DNA of 64,000 nt, taken from Candidatus Altiarchaeales archaeon. GTDB lineage: Archaea; Altiarchaeota; Altiarchaeia; IMC4; SCGC-AAA252-I15. The translations under genes were made by a program, and so were the position numbers. The stretch covers positions 288,001 through 352,000 of the forward strand of contig WJMO01000006.1 in the NCBI GenBank assembly GCA_014727915.1, given 5' to 3'. The notes below the pieces were generated by a model that saw nothing but the letters and a program-made list of their open reading frames with translations, was not told the origin of the DNA and made no database searches. This document shows, piece after piece, positions 29,687-39,349 of this stretch. Each line of letters starts with the position of its first letter. Position 1 is the first letter of the stretch.

Positions 29687-32329
29687 ATGCGAAGAGGATA
29701 CCTGGTAACATTGGACGCTATAATTTCTCTTAGTTTCATCCTCTTTCTCATGCTGGGTTTCATTGGGATACAGTACTTCGAATACGTTGGCAGGGGAGGG
29801 TCTTCGTTCGAGCATCTCCACTCCGTCGCGGAGAACGCAATAGACACCGTTAACAAGAAGGGAGTCCTGGAGGAGATTGGGAGGCAGTGGGCGTTGGGGA
29901 ACATGTCCTACGCCGGCAACCTTACAGAAGAGCATTTCGGTTCTCTGATACCAGGGCATGTGGGTTACAGGCTGGAGGCTGTGGACTCCAACGGGGTTCA
30001 TGTCATCTATGCGTCAGGCCCTGAACGGCCTGGGGAGGACAGATCCGAGGACGTTACAAGGGCTGTCAGGCTCCTATCGGGTTACAAGGAGGGCAGCCCC
30101 AGAGCTGGTTGGGCTGCCAGGGCATGGCTGGTAGAGAACATGAGCTGGATTACCAATCTTGTGTCGAACGAGAGCGTATGCTGTGAGGCGTGGGAGGAGG
30201 TGATGCTGGAATACAGCCCGGGGGACGAGCAGAACAACGCCTTTTTCATCATGATACCGGGAGACAGGAGCCTCTCAGGGGCTGAGTTGAACGTTAGCTG
30301 GGTCTATGGCAGCACGAGCACCACAACTTCGTCGACGACCACGAGCTCATCTACAACTTCGACCACCCTAGGAGGCTGCCATGAGTGCCCGGGTACGGAA
30401 TGCCCGATACCAGGGTGGTACGGGACTTCGGGAGACGACTACAACTATCACCAGTTCACAACGGACAGGGAATGCGACCTTGAGGTCATTATCTACACCG
30501 GACTGGCAAACAACCAGTTCGGAACCAACCTCTACGACCTCTATGCGAACTGGGAGGAGAACATGGCTGCCCCCGGCTGCGGCGGCCCCTGCAGTGGGGA
30601 CGGGGTATTCTACCCCGACTGCCTGTGCAAGTGCGCTCATCCCATGAGCGACCCCCAGCTTTGGCCGTGGGAGTGCAACACGCTCATAGACGGGGGGCTT
30701 GACACTTACAGGTCATGCATCGTCCCTGAGCTGCCTGCTGGAACATACCAGCTGATGGTGGACTGCTGGAGCCCAGGGGATATAGTCAACCTCTGCCCGG
30801 GTGACTATTACATCTACATCCAGTCTACCACGCCGGGTTGCCCGAACTATCAGCCTCCGGGGACCAGCACAACGGTCACGACCACGAGCACGACGGACAC
30901 GACCACCACCTCGACCACGATTCCGCTGCTGGCCAACGGGGAGAGGTGCACGGAGCATGGGGAATGCCAGTCAGGGAACTGCGCAGTGGACTATGACATG
31001 CCCCCGGGCGACGACTGCAGCACGTCCGAGGACTGCTGGTGCGCGCCGGCCGGCAACTGCGCCCACAGCGACGTGGCAACCTGCGACCAGTCATGCTATG
31101 AGGACTATTACTTCGACATGAAGGCTCCGGTATGTCGCTCGGACACGGGGGTGTGGAGGTGCGTCGGAGCAAGGTGGACGGAGGACTTCTGCCCGGTCTG
31201 CGGGTCGAGCGGTAATCCGATAGACATACCGTGCATCGGGATGTGGGAGTGCCAGGCTGGAAGCCCGTATGCAACGTGCGACGCGGGTTGCACGAAGGAC
31301 GGGGACGTCTGCGACTACTGCGGCGGAGGAACCAGCCAGCCCGACTCTGACTCATGGTTCAATGCGGTATGCTTCGAGGGATCGTGCAGGTGCGACATGG
31401 ATGGTGTCCTGCCGGTGGACGAGAACTGCGCGGGCGCAAGGTACGACTGCGACCTGTGCACCTCGTGCTACATACAGAATATGGGCTTCGATTGCCTGTT
31501 GGCTGGTGGGGATATGTGCTGTGACCCGAGGATGGGGCGGAACGACTACCGCGACGAGGTTCAGGACATCATCGGGCCCAACACGTGCACGGCGGACTTC
31601 TGTGACGGGGCGGGCAACTGTGTGATGGAGCCGCAGGTTGGCTGCAGCAGCAGGCCGAAGAAGATATACTACGAGTACCGTGGTTGGGATAGCTGTCCAC
31701 CTTCACAGTGGGACTATGACTGCATGGACGATGGCACACCGGACGGTAACAATACGAGGCTGAGCCACAGGCGATACACGCCGGGGTTGACATATGCAAG
31801 TACCTACGGGACCCACGAGGGCGGGGGATGGTACTGCTACCCGGAGGAGGTTTGGAGCTACACCAAGGGAGACGATGATGACGTGTCCATCGGGAAGTAT
31901 GAGGCGGGCTGTAATCCGTTCCAGACGAGCCAGTACGTCAAGCACGGGGAGTCGGTGAGGTTCAGCATGGACATCGAATCTGGTGTTACGGACATTAGGT
32001 TCAAGTTCTCGGCGATGCCCCAGGCCAGCTGCCTTGAGACGTTGCAGTTGCTCGATGACACTGGAACGAATACCATCGGGACGTGCGTTATCGGAGAGCC
32101 GTCGAAGGGTCCGGGCTCGTGCCCTGCGGTACAGATGGACAACTCAATGTGGGACTACTGTGAGGTTCAGGTGGACAGCGGAGACCCGGAGTGGTCTTAT
32201 ATCACCTTGGGTGCTGAGAACATTTTCACGATAAGATACGATTATGCCTTCGACGGTTATGGCGGGGGCTGCAGCACTAATACCCCGTGTGTCATGTACC
32301 TTGACTCGGTTGAGATGGAGTGCAGTTGA
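29687..32329 (+). CDS. Minor pilin-like protein with large Cys-rich extracellular region
   Basis: MRRG/YLVTLDAII class III-like signal; two Thr-rich linkers; dense Cys modules. Confidence 0.7.
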   Translation: MRRGYLVTLDAIISLSFILFLMLGFIGIQYFEYVGRGGSSFEHLHSVAENAIDTVNKKGVLEEIGRQWALGNMSYAGNLTEEHFGSLIPGHVGYRLEAVDSNGVHVIYASGPERPGEDRSEDVTRAVRLLSGYKEGSPRAGWAARAWLVENMSWITNLVSNESVCCEAWEEVMLEYSPGDEQNNAFFIMIPGDRSLSGAELNVSWVYGSTSTTTSSTTTSSSTTSTTLGGCHECPGTECPIPGWYGTSGDDYNYHQFTTDRECDLEVIIYTGLANNQFGTNLYDLYANWEENMAAPGCGGPCSGDGVFYPDCLCKCAHPMSDPQLWPWECNTLIDGGLDTYRSCIVPELPAGTYQLMVDCWSPGDIVNLCPGDYYIYIQSTTPGCPNYQPPGTSTTVTTTSTTDTTTTSTTIPLLANGERCTEHGECQSGNCAVDYDMPPGDDCSTSEDCWCAPAGNCAHSDVATCDQSCYEDYYFDMKAPVCRSDTGVWRCVGARWTEDFCPVCGSSGNPIDIPCIGMWECQAGSPYATCDAGCTKDGDVCDYCGGGTSQPDSDSWFNAVCFEGSCRCDMDGVLPVDENCAGARYDCDLCTSCYIQNMGFDCLLAGGDMCCDPRMGRNDYRDEVQDIIGPNTCTADFCDGAGNCVMEPQVGCSSRPKKIYYEYRGWDSCPPSQWDYDCMDDGTPDGNNTRLSHRRYTPGLTYASTYGTHEGGGWYCYPEEVWSYTKGDDDDVSIGKYEAGCNPFQTSQYVKHGESVRFSMDIESGVTDIRFKFSAMPQASCLETLQLLDDTGTNTIGTCVIGEPSKGPGSCPAVQMDNSMWDYCEVQVDSGDPEWSYITLGAENIFTIRYDYAFDGYGGGCSTNTPCVMYLDSVEMECS

Positions 32330-32393
32330 TCGGGGGTTTAAAAGCGTCTGGTGGCGGGTCAAGTATTTAAGCCAGAGTTCCATAATATAATGG

Positions 32394-32894
32394 ATGGCTT
32401 CGGTTATGAGATCTGATGTTATCCGAAACGTTCTTGCTGAATGCCTGAGTGAAAGTCATGTTAGTGTCCTTGACAAGTTGAGCGATGAGAAGTATGACGA
32501 GGACGTTGCTGCTGACCTCGGACTGAAAGCCACCATCATCCGAACATTGTTGAATGACCTGCATGAGAACAGTCTGGTCGAGTATCAGAGGACGAAGAAC
32601 AAGAAGACCGGTTGGTACACGTATCTTTGGGTGAGGCGAGAGGGCAAGATAAAGGAGTACGTGCAGAATTGGCTGAATTTTCAGCTTTTAGAGCTTAATT
32701 CCCGTTTAGAGGATGAGACCAGGAATGTGACTTTCAATTGTGAGTGCATGAGGGTCCCCTATGAGTCCGCCATGGAAGCCAACTTCCGGTGCGGCAGCTG
32801 CGGCGGTGATTTCGTCGAGTACAACAACAGCGAGCTCATAGATGAGATAGTCAGTGAGGTTGCTCGCATAAACAGTCTGGTTGAGCAGATTTAA
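32394..32894 (+). CDS. tfe: Transcription factor E (TFE alpha)
   Basis: Winged helix with DEDVA..LGL, TGWYTYLW; Zn ribbon CEC...FRCGSCG. Confidence 0.93.
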   Translation: MASVMRSDVIRNVLAECLSESHVSVLDKLSDEKYDEDVAADLGLKATIIRTLLNDLHENSLVEYQRTKNKKTGWYTYLWVRREGKIKEYVQNWLNFQLLELNSRLEDETRNVTFNCECMRVPYESAMEANFRCGSCGGDFVEYNNSELIDEIVSEVARINSLVEQI

Positions 32895-32900
32895 GTTAAG

Positions 32901-33416
32901 ATGTCTTTGTTGACGCGGGATCAGGCACTACAAAAACTCCAATTGAACAATGTACACAGAGATGTTATTGAACATTGTTTAACTGTTTCTGGTTTTGCGG
33001 TGGAGATCGCAGAGAGGATAAGAGCCAACGGACACCAGGTTGACTTGGACTTCATAGAGACAGCATCACTGCTGCACGACATCGGACGATGCAGAACGCA
33101 CGGGATAGGACATGGAGTGGAAGGGGCCAGGATAATGGAAGACCACCCCCGTTACGCGCGCATCTGCGAGAAACACATCGGGGGAGGGATCACAAAAGAA
33201 GAGGCAGTTGAACTAGGTCTGCCAGCCAGAGACTACCTCCCCGAAACGCTGGAGGAGAAGATAATATGCTACGCGGACAAGTTGACATCAGGCACAGAAA
33301 GACAAAATATCAGCGAAGCAGTGAAGAAGTTCAGCGAACGGCTCGGGCCAGGACACCCAACAATAGAGCGCATAAAAAAGCTGCATGAGGAGATAACGGA
33401 ACTAGCAGGATACTAG
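32901..33416 (+). CDS. HD-domain protein (TIGR00295-like)
   Basis: LLHDIGR, HGVEGA, HIGGGI, PETLEEKIICYAD. Confidence 0.9.
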   Translation: MSLLTRDQALQKLQLNNVHRDVIEHCLTVSGFAVEIAERIRANGHQVDLDFIETASLLHDIGRCRTHGIGHGVEGARIMEDHPRYARICEKHIGGGITKEEAVELGLPARDYLPETLEEKIICYADKLTSGTERQNISEAVKKFSERLGPGHPTIERIKKLHEEITELAGY

Positions 33417-34633
33417 CCCGCGAGTGGCGTGTTCTCGACGTCCTCTGGAGTCAGCCGTAGGAACCTGTAGATCGTCCGCCTCTTCATCTCCACGATATTC
33501 ATCTCAGTGCTGTAGTACTCCCATACGATCTCTTTGTCAGGGGTTATCTCGAAGACATGACCCCGGTCGGATTCGGTTATCAACGTGTTTCCATTAGGAA
33601 GCCGCTGGGCCGCTCCGCGCTTCTCACTGTAGAAGGAGGTCGGCGGCTCGCCCTTGTACTCCCATACTATCTCCCCAGACAATGGGTCCACCTCTATCAC
33701 ACGGGAGTAGCCCCAATTCCGCCCATTGTCGAACAATAGTATCCGCCCGCCATCCAACAGGGTCGGATGGTGCTGTCCATCCAAGACGCCCTGACCCCAC
33801 GACCACAACACCCTCTCCCCCTCAACGTCGACCAATGCTATGGTGTTTATCTCCCGTATCGATACCAGCAGGGCGCCAGCATCACATAAGCCTGGTATCG
33901 GCCTGTCAATGACCTCCAAGGTGTTGGAGTGGAAGACGTCGAATATCGTGTCCTTTATGATATTCAACCGTTCGGGCGGGACCTGACCCTTTATCTGGGC
34001 TATGGTGTCCAAACGGCCCTGAGGGATGAGATGGCTGAAAAGCCCGTAGACCGACAAGGCCTTAACAACGGAACCGTCAGGTGAGAGCACGGTGATGTAA
34101 TCGTTCAAAATGGGTATTTCCCCCCCATCATGGTCGATCGTAATCTGTTTTCTCGTGTAAACGTAGACGCTGCCATCCTCTGAGAAGGCGACATCATGGT
34201 GTGCCGGAACTTCAACGCTCCACAGCACATTGGAATCCCAGTCCAGCTTCAAAAGCGCCTTGTCCCTGACGATAGCGTAAAGGTTCCCCTCGTCGTCCAT
34301 CCTCACCTGATTCCAACCGTGATCCCGGTAATCGGACCTGTTACGGTGCCATATGTGGACGACTCTACCCTCCATGTCGAGTATCTGGGCTTGCGTGCCG
34401 TCATCGTAGTTGAAGAGGTTATAGCCAGGGTACGCTTTGCCGCGTTCATAATTCACGACACCCTTCAGGCTCTCCTCGCCCTCCTCCACATCGGACCATT
34501 GGACGTAAGGGAGGGACTTCAAACCCTCCAGGGAACTGTCATCCGCCGGGCCGCCGAGGAAAGCGCCTGAGCCGAACACGTACAACCCGGCCGAGAAGAC
34601 CAGTAAAAAGGCCACTATCCATGAATGCCTCAT
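33413..34633 (-). CDS. Arylsulfotransferase (ASST)-like beta-propeller, secreted
   Basis: AYPGYNL, HHD, FHSN, QHHP, LFDNG, QRLPNGNTLI. Confidence 0.85.
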   Translation of the reverse strand: MRHSWIVAFLLVFSAGLYVFGSGAFLGGPADDSSLEGLKSLPYVQWSDVEEGEESLKGVVNYERGKAYPGYNLFNYDDGTQAQILDMEGRVVHIWHRNRSDYRDHGWNQVRMDDEGNLYAIVRDKALLKLDWDSNVLWSVEVPAHHDVAFSEDGSVYVYTRKQITIDHDGGEIPILNDYITVLSPDGSVVKALSVYGLFSHLIPQGRLDTIAQIKGQVPPERLNIIKDTIFDVFHSNTLEVIDRPIPGLCDAGALLVSIREINTIALVDVEGERVLWSWGQGVLDGQHHPTLLDGGRILLFDNGRNWGYSRVIEVDPLSGEIVWEYKGEPPTSFYSEKRGAAQRLPNGNTLITESDRGHVFEITPDKEIVWEYYSTEMNIVEMKRRTIYRFLRLTPEDVENTPLAG

Positions 34634-34673
34634 CCATACAACATAAAATAGAAAAACATAAAAATCAAAAGCA

Positions 34674-35942
34674 TCAGCTCAAACCGAGCATCTCAGGCTC
34701 CAAACGTGCCATGCGGTACATTATCGCCCTGGACTCGTTATCGTCCTTTAGATGTGGGTTGTAGAACTCCCAGACCACAGAGCCGTCGTATCCGACCTCA
34801 AACGCCCAGCCCTGGTCGGACGAGCATATTAAAGTGTTCCCGTTGGGGAGGCGATATGCGGAACCTCGCTTCATGCTATGGAACCTATTTGGGGGGGTTC
34901 CGGTATAGTTCCAAACGACCTCGAGCGTGAGAGGATCTATCTCCAGTACTTGGGAGTATCTCCTGTGGAACCCATTGTCGAAGACCAGAACGTTACCGTT
35001 GTCCAGGAGGGTGGGGTGGTGCGGGTAGTCTAGGACGCCGGGGCCCCAAAGCCAGACTATGCGCTCACGTACAGGGTCTACGACGGCTATGATGCTCAGC
35101 ATCCTGGTGGATACGAGCAAGTCGCCCCTATGGCAGAAGCCTGGGATGTCCCTGTCAAGATACTCTATGGAGTTGGTATGTACCACATCATAATATGGGC
35201 CACTATTTGCGTTATGGGTCACGTTTTCGTCTAGATGGTGCTCAAGCAGCTTATCCATCGACTCATTGCTTACGAAACCCCCCAGAAGGGCATACAATGA
35301 TATGTTCCAGAGCTTCTCGCCGTCGCTTGACAGGACAGTGACGTAGTCTGCCAGGACGGGCACTTCATGGGATGAGTAGTTCACGCGATCCACGGTCCGG
35401 TCCAACGCGTAGATCAGACCGTCTCCGCCGAATGTTATGTCATGGTGAGGCTGCATGCTCACATTCCATATTACGCCGGAATCCCAGTCCAGTTTCATCA
35501 AAGCCCTGTCCTTAACGATTACGAACAACCCATCGTCGGCGTATTCGACATGGTGCCAGCCACGCCTCGGGTAAGGCGTCAGGTTGGCATACCATACGTT
35601 CACAATGCCACCGTCCATGTCCAATAGCATGGCGAAGTTGCCGTCGTCGTCGTTGTAGAGGTTGTAACCCGGGTATGCGCCCTCCAGGTTCAACTCGACG
35701 CCGTGCTTGTCTTCGGTGCCGTTCTCGACCGGAGACCAGCCAAGATACTGCAAGGCCATAAGCTCGTCGATCTCAGATTCTGAGCCCATGATGACGCCGT
35801 CACCGCTCTCATTCCGGTCTTCGAGCAGGGGAACGCCAGAATCGTCCGCTGACGAGGCCCTTGGGCTTCCAGGACCTGCTAGGACTATGAGTAAACACAG
35901 ACCTGCCGCCAAGGCAGTTGCATGCAATGCGTTCAGCCTCAT
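34674..35942 (-). CDS. Arylsulfotransferase (ASST)-like beta-propeller, paralog 2
   Basis: AYPGYNL, HHD, VHTN, HHP, VFDNG, RLPNGNTLI. Confidence 0.85.
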   Translation of the reverse strand: MRLNALHATALAAGLCLLIVLAGPGSPRASSADDSGVPLLEDRNESGDGVIMGSESEIDELMALQYLGWSPVENGTEDKHGVELNLEGAYPGYNLYNDDDGNFAMLLDMDGGIVNVWYANLTPYPRRGWHHVEYADDGLFVIVKDRALMKLDWDSGVIWNVSMQPHHDITFGGDGLIYALDRTVDRVNYSSHEVPVLADYVTVLSSDGEKLWNISLYALLGGFVSNESMDKLLEHHLDENVTHNANSGPYYDVVHTNSIEYLDRDIPGFCHRGDLLVSTRMLSIIAVVDPVRERIVWLWGPGVLDYPHHPTLLDNGNVLVFDNGFHRRYSQVLEIDPLTLEVVWNYTGTPPNRFHSMKRGSAYRLPNGNTLICSSDQGWAFEVGYDGSVVWEFYNPHLKDDNESRAIMYRMARLEPEMLGLS

Positions 35943-37894
35943 CTTATCAGGGTTGAACCGTCTATCGAATCCGGCACTCGCAAGCCAACGGCGTCCAAGA
36001 CCGTTGGTGCAACGTCCGTCTGAGAGGGTGAATCCGCTGATAACCGGGCATTTGAGAACAATACGCCCGGCACGAACTTCGGGTCTACTAGGTGGTCTCC
36101 ACCCCAGCGCTTGCGGTTGTCCGTTAGCACTTCCTTCGTGAACCCTCCGATTGCGGTCTGCCAGGCCATCCTATAACCTGGGTTGAAGCCTACGATAACG
36201 TCAGGGCAGTTTTCCACGTAGTCGCCGCTGTAGACGTCATCGCGGAGGTATGCGCTGTTCACGACGTCCCTGCCATACACGCCGTCTTTGAGCTTCTTCA
36301 GGTCCCGTGCTATGGACTCGGCAACGTATTCCCTGTCCTCCACGACACCATTACCCTCACGGCCCTCTAGGTTGACGTATATGCTGTTGAAACCGAGAGA
36401 GTAGGCCTGGGTCCCGCTCCAATCGACATTCTGGAACAGCGGGGCCTCGTCACCCTCCCGCAGCTCCTTCTTCAGCTTCATGTAATCGTTCTCGACAAGC
36501 CAGGTGTTCAAGCTAACAGACCTCTCAAAGGAGGTGAACCCATGGTCGGATATGAGCAGGAACAACGTGTCCTCGTCCAGGTCGGAAACCAACCCGCCGA
36601 TGAACTCGTCCTTCCTATCGTAGTAGTCCGCGACAGCATCGTTAACTGACAATCCATCAACCGGGCCGTCGATTACCTTCTCGTCCCAGAACACGTGCTG
36701 GACCCTGTCCGAGCTGTCATATACGAAGGCGAGGACTCCCTCGCCCCGCTTCTTGAACGCGTTGAACTCGCGGTTGAACATCCTGTCCCTCTGAGCTTCG
36801 ATGTCAGCTATCTGAGCGAGGAAGGCGCGGCTGTCCAGCTTCAAGTCCACGTAACCGTCGGTCTCCTCCGGCATGCCCAGCGTGTAATAGAGCCCTATGT
36901 CGCCGGCGAGCTCGGCCCCATACTTTCCCGGCGAGGTTATGTCCACCACAGGGTTCTCAGGGTCTATCTGCACAGCCGACACGTACATCTCGAACGGGTC
37001 AGTGCCAATGAGATAGGCCTTGAATATGCCTGTGACAGACTTCAACATGCCGACCTTGAACTTCGCCCGGATGAAATCGCTCCAAAACCCCTTACCCACC
37101 CGGGTGGTCTTACCGTCAACTGTGATTTCGCATGCATCAGCAGACAGCTTAACCTCCAGGGGAACCGTGACGTCAACCACCTCGCCAGACTTCCGGGTCT
37201 TCGGGCCCGAAAGCTCTGTATTCACAAAGCCGTCAGCCAACTCGACCTTCACGACCTTGTTGGACTGCTTGTCAGACTCTCCTGGATCGCCGGACGTGTA
37301 GTATGTGTAGCCGCTGAGGAACCCCTTGATGTCCGGGACGCCCAAGCCCCCCAACATGCTTCCCTCGACCTTCTCCGGCGGGAAAGTGACCGGCCATCTG
37401 ACGACCGTTGTGGGTATGCCCGCGTCGGAGGTCAGCTTCCAGAAACGGTCGGCCATCACAAAAGACTCATAGCCTGTCCCGCCCACCCCGGCCTTGGTCT
37501 TCGAGAGCGAGAGCTCCGGCATATGGGTTCCAGGGTCCCTGCGTATGAAGTCGAAGATGTTATGCTTGCCCGGGTTCATGCCCGTAGCGATGGAAGTCCA
37601 CGCAACAGGGCTGTTAGGCGGATTGCTAGTCGCAAGGGTTGTGAAGGTCCCCGAATCCGCCAGTGCCTGAAGGTTGGGCAGCCTGCCATCTTCCAACAGC
37701 TTGCCTGTTATGTTCGGGTCCATCCCGTCAACGCCCAAGACCAGCACCTTCTTGTACTTTGTCTCCATCCTAGCACCTGATGTGACACCTTTGTATAGTG
37801 ACTTGTATATGAGGCCTCCGCCCGCCAGAGCTGCCGAAGCCGCCAGCCCATACTTCAGGAACTGCCTCCTGGTTATTTCACGACCTTCCGCCAT
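35939..37894 (-). CDS. Tat-exported alkaline-phosphatase-superfamily (type I phosphodiesterase) protein
   Basis: TRRQFLK twin-arginine signal; LGVDGMD, SPVAWTS..TG.NPGKH, SDHGF, GDH. Confidence 0.9.
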   Translation of the reverse strand: MAEGREITRRQFLKYGLAASAALAGGGLIYKSLYKGVTSGARMETKYKKVLVLGVDGMDPNITGKLLEDGRLPNLQALADSGTFTTLATSNPPNSPVAWTSIATGMNPGKHNIFDFIRRDPGTHMPELSLSKTKAGVGGTGYESFVMADRFWKLTSDAGIPTTVVRWPVTFPPEKVEGSMLGGLGVPDIKGFLSGYTYYTSGDPGESDKQSNKVVKVELADGFVNTELSGPKTRKSGEVVDVTVPLEVKLSADACEITVDGKTTRVGKGFWSDFIRAKFKVGMLKSVTGIFKAYLIGTDPFEMYVSAVQIDPENPVVDITSPGKYGAELAGDIGLYYTLGMPEETDGYVDLKLDSRAFLAQIADIEAQRDRMFNREFNAFKKRGEGVLAFVYDSSDRVQHVFWDEKVIDGPVDGLSVNDAVADYYDRKDEFIGGLVSDLDEDTLFLLISDHGFTSFERSVSLNTWLVENDYMKLKKELREGDEAPLFQNVDWSGTQAYSLGFNSIYVNLEGREGNGVVEDREYVAESIARDLKKLKDGVYGRDVVNSAYLRDDVYSGDYVENCPDVIVGFNPGYRMAWQTAIGGFTKEVLTDNRKRWGGDHLVDPKFVPGVLFSNARLSADSPSQTDVAPTVLDAVGLRVPDSIDGSTLIR

Positions 37895-38088
37895 ACACTC
37901 CTAACCCCTTCCTTGATCTGGGTGAAGAACTTGAGAAAGAATCCTAGAATCCCCGCTGCAATAGCGGCAAGCAACGGCCAAATGGACCCGCCGACGATCA
38001 TGCCCGCAGTCCCCGGGTCGATGTACGCCGACACGCAGCCGACCAAAGGCAGAAAAGCCAATAAACCCAAATAACCCTTTCGACGCAT
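37873..38088 (-). CDS. Small membrane protein with AYIDPGT motif
   Basis: Signal-like N-terminus, AYIDPGTAG, TM helix, basic tail; overlaps next gene start. Confidence 0.7.
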   Translation of the reverse strand: MRRKGYLGLLAFLPLVGCVSAYIDPGTAGMIVGGSIWPLLAAIAAGILGFFLKFFTQIKEGVRSVWRKVVK

Positions 38089-38126
38089 CCTTAAACATTT
38101 AAAATGACAAAATAAAACCGCAGTGG

Positions 38127-39035
38127 TTACCTCTTCAAAAGCGCGACACGGCTCTCGACCTTCTCATCCGCGACCTCATAGGACAGTTCGCCAGCCAGCT
38201 CTCCGGCAAAGGCCCTGACCTCGGAGTGGGAGGGCATGTTGTCCATTGAGAGCCTGTTCCTGCTTCCACCCACGAACATGAACGCCTTCACCTCAACGAA
38301 GTCCGGGTTGGCCCTGGAGATGAGCCTCGCATAAGCCTGGGGGTCCAGCATATTCCAGCCTTTCACCGCAGTCAATCGGATGACCTTCCGGGTGTCAAGG
38401 GAGGGAAACAACTCCAACGTGGAGTTTATGCTATCCCAGGCATCAGACACAAGGGGAGCGCAGACCCTCCTATGGGTTTCACGGTCGGGGGCGACAAGGG
38501 ACATGTAAAGCTGTGAAGGCAGAGTGTCTAGGGCTTCAAGCCGCCCGGGTAGAGTGCCGTTGGTGACCAGGTAGGTGGTCATAGCCCTCTTTTTGAAGCA
38601 TTCAATCAAGCCTCCAATGTCGGGGTAGATGGTGGGCTCCCCAGCCAGGCTGATAGCCGCATGACTTGGCTCCTGAGCCTCCCTGAACCTGTCCATGTCA
38701 ACGCCGTCGGACCCGCCGAAACCGGAGATGGCCTGCCTTTGAGCGTTGAAACATCCTTCAACAATTTCCTCAGGGTCCTCCCAGGAATCCATCCCCACGC
38801 CCATGGTGTGCTCGGTGTTCCTCCAGCAGAACACGCAAGCGTGGGTGCACCAGCCGACCGCGGGCGTCATCTGCATGCACCTGTGGCTCTCGATGCCATA
38901 GAACCTCTGCTTATAGCAGTGACCCTCCCCCCGCAGGCTCTTCTTCAACCAGAGGCACGGCTTCACCGCACTGTGACCTCCGACCAGGGAATAGTGCTGT
39001 TTAGCCAGCAGGCGCCTTAGGGCTTCGGATATCAT
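38127..39035 (-). CDS. taw1: 4-demethylwyosine synthase (radical SAM, TYW1/Taw1)
   Basis: HSAVK.C.W, CYK..FYGI.SHRC.QMTP, CxxxCxxC, AISLAGEPT. Confidence 0.95.
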   Translation of the reverse strand: MISEALRRLLAKQHYSLVGGHSAVKPCLWLKKSLRGEGHCYKQRFYGIESHRCMQMTPAVGWCTHACVFCWRNTEHTMGVGMDSWEDPEEIVEGCFNAQRQAISGFGGSDGVDMDRFREAQEPSHAAISLAGEPTIYPDIGGLIECFKKRAMTTYLVTNGTLPGRLEALDTLPSQLYMSLVAPDRETHRRVCAPLVSDAWDSINSTLELFPSLDTRKVIRLTAVKGWNMLDPQAYARLISRANPDFVEVKAFMFVGGSRNRLSMDNMPSHSEVRAFAGELAGELSYEVADEKVESRVALLKR

Positions 39036-39096
39036 AGGTATTGTTTTTAAAGCTGGATTCTTAATAAACTGTATTGTTTTACACGTGGGGTGTACT

Positions 39097-39342
39097 ATGG
39101 TTACATACATTATAGCAAGGCAATTGGGCGGGAAACCTGTCATAACGGTTGGCGGCGAGGAGCTAGGCCGCCTCGACGACGTAATAGTAGACGAGTCCAC
39201 GGGCGACTTCATATCCTTGATAGTCGAGCCTGTGGTGGAGGCACCCCCGCGTGTCGCATACCCGAAGGACAAGGAAGGAAACTACGTCATACCCTTCGAC
39301 GCAGTCAACGCGGTAAGCAAGGTCGTAGTAGTAAAGGAATAA
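39097..39342 (+). CDS. PRC-barrel domain protein
   Basis: L.GKPV....GE.LG.LDD.IVD..TG, IPFDAV. Confidence 0.85.
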   Translation: MVTYIIARQLGGKPVITVGGEELGRLDDVIVDESTGDFISLIVEPVVEAPPRVAYPKDKEGNYVIPFDAVNAVSKVVVVKE

Positions 39343-39349
39343 GCGGGTT

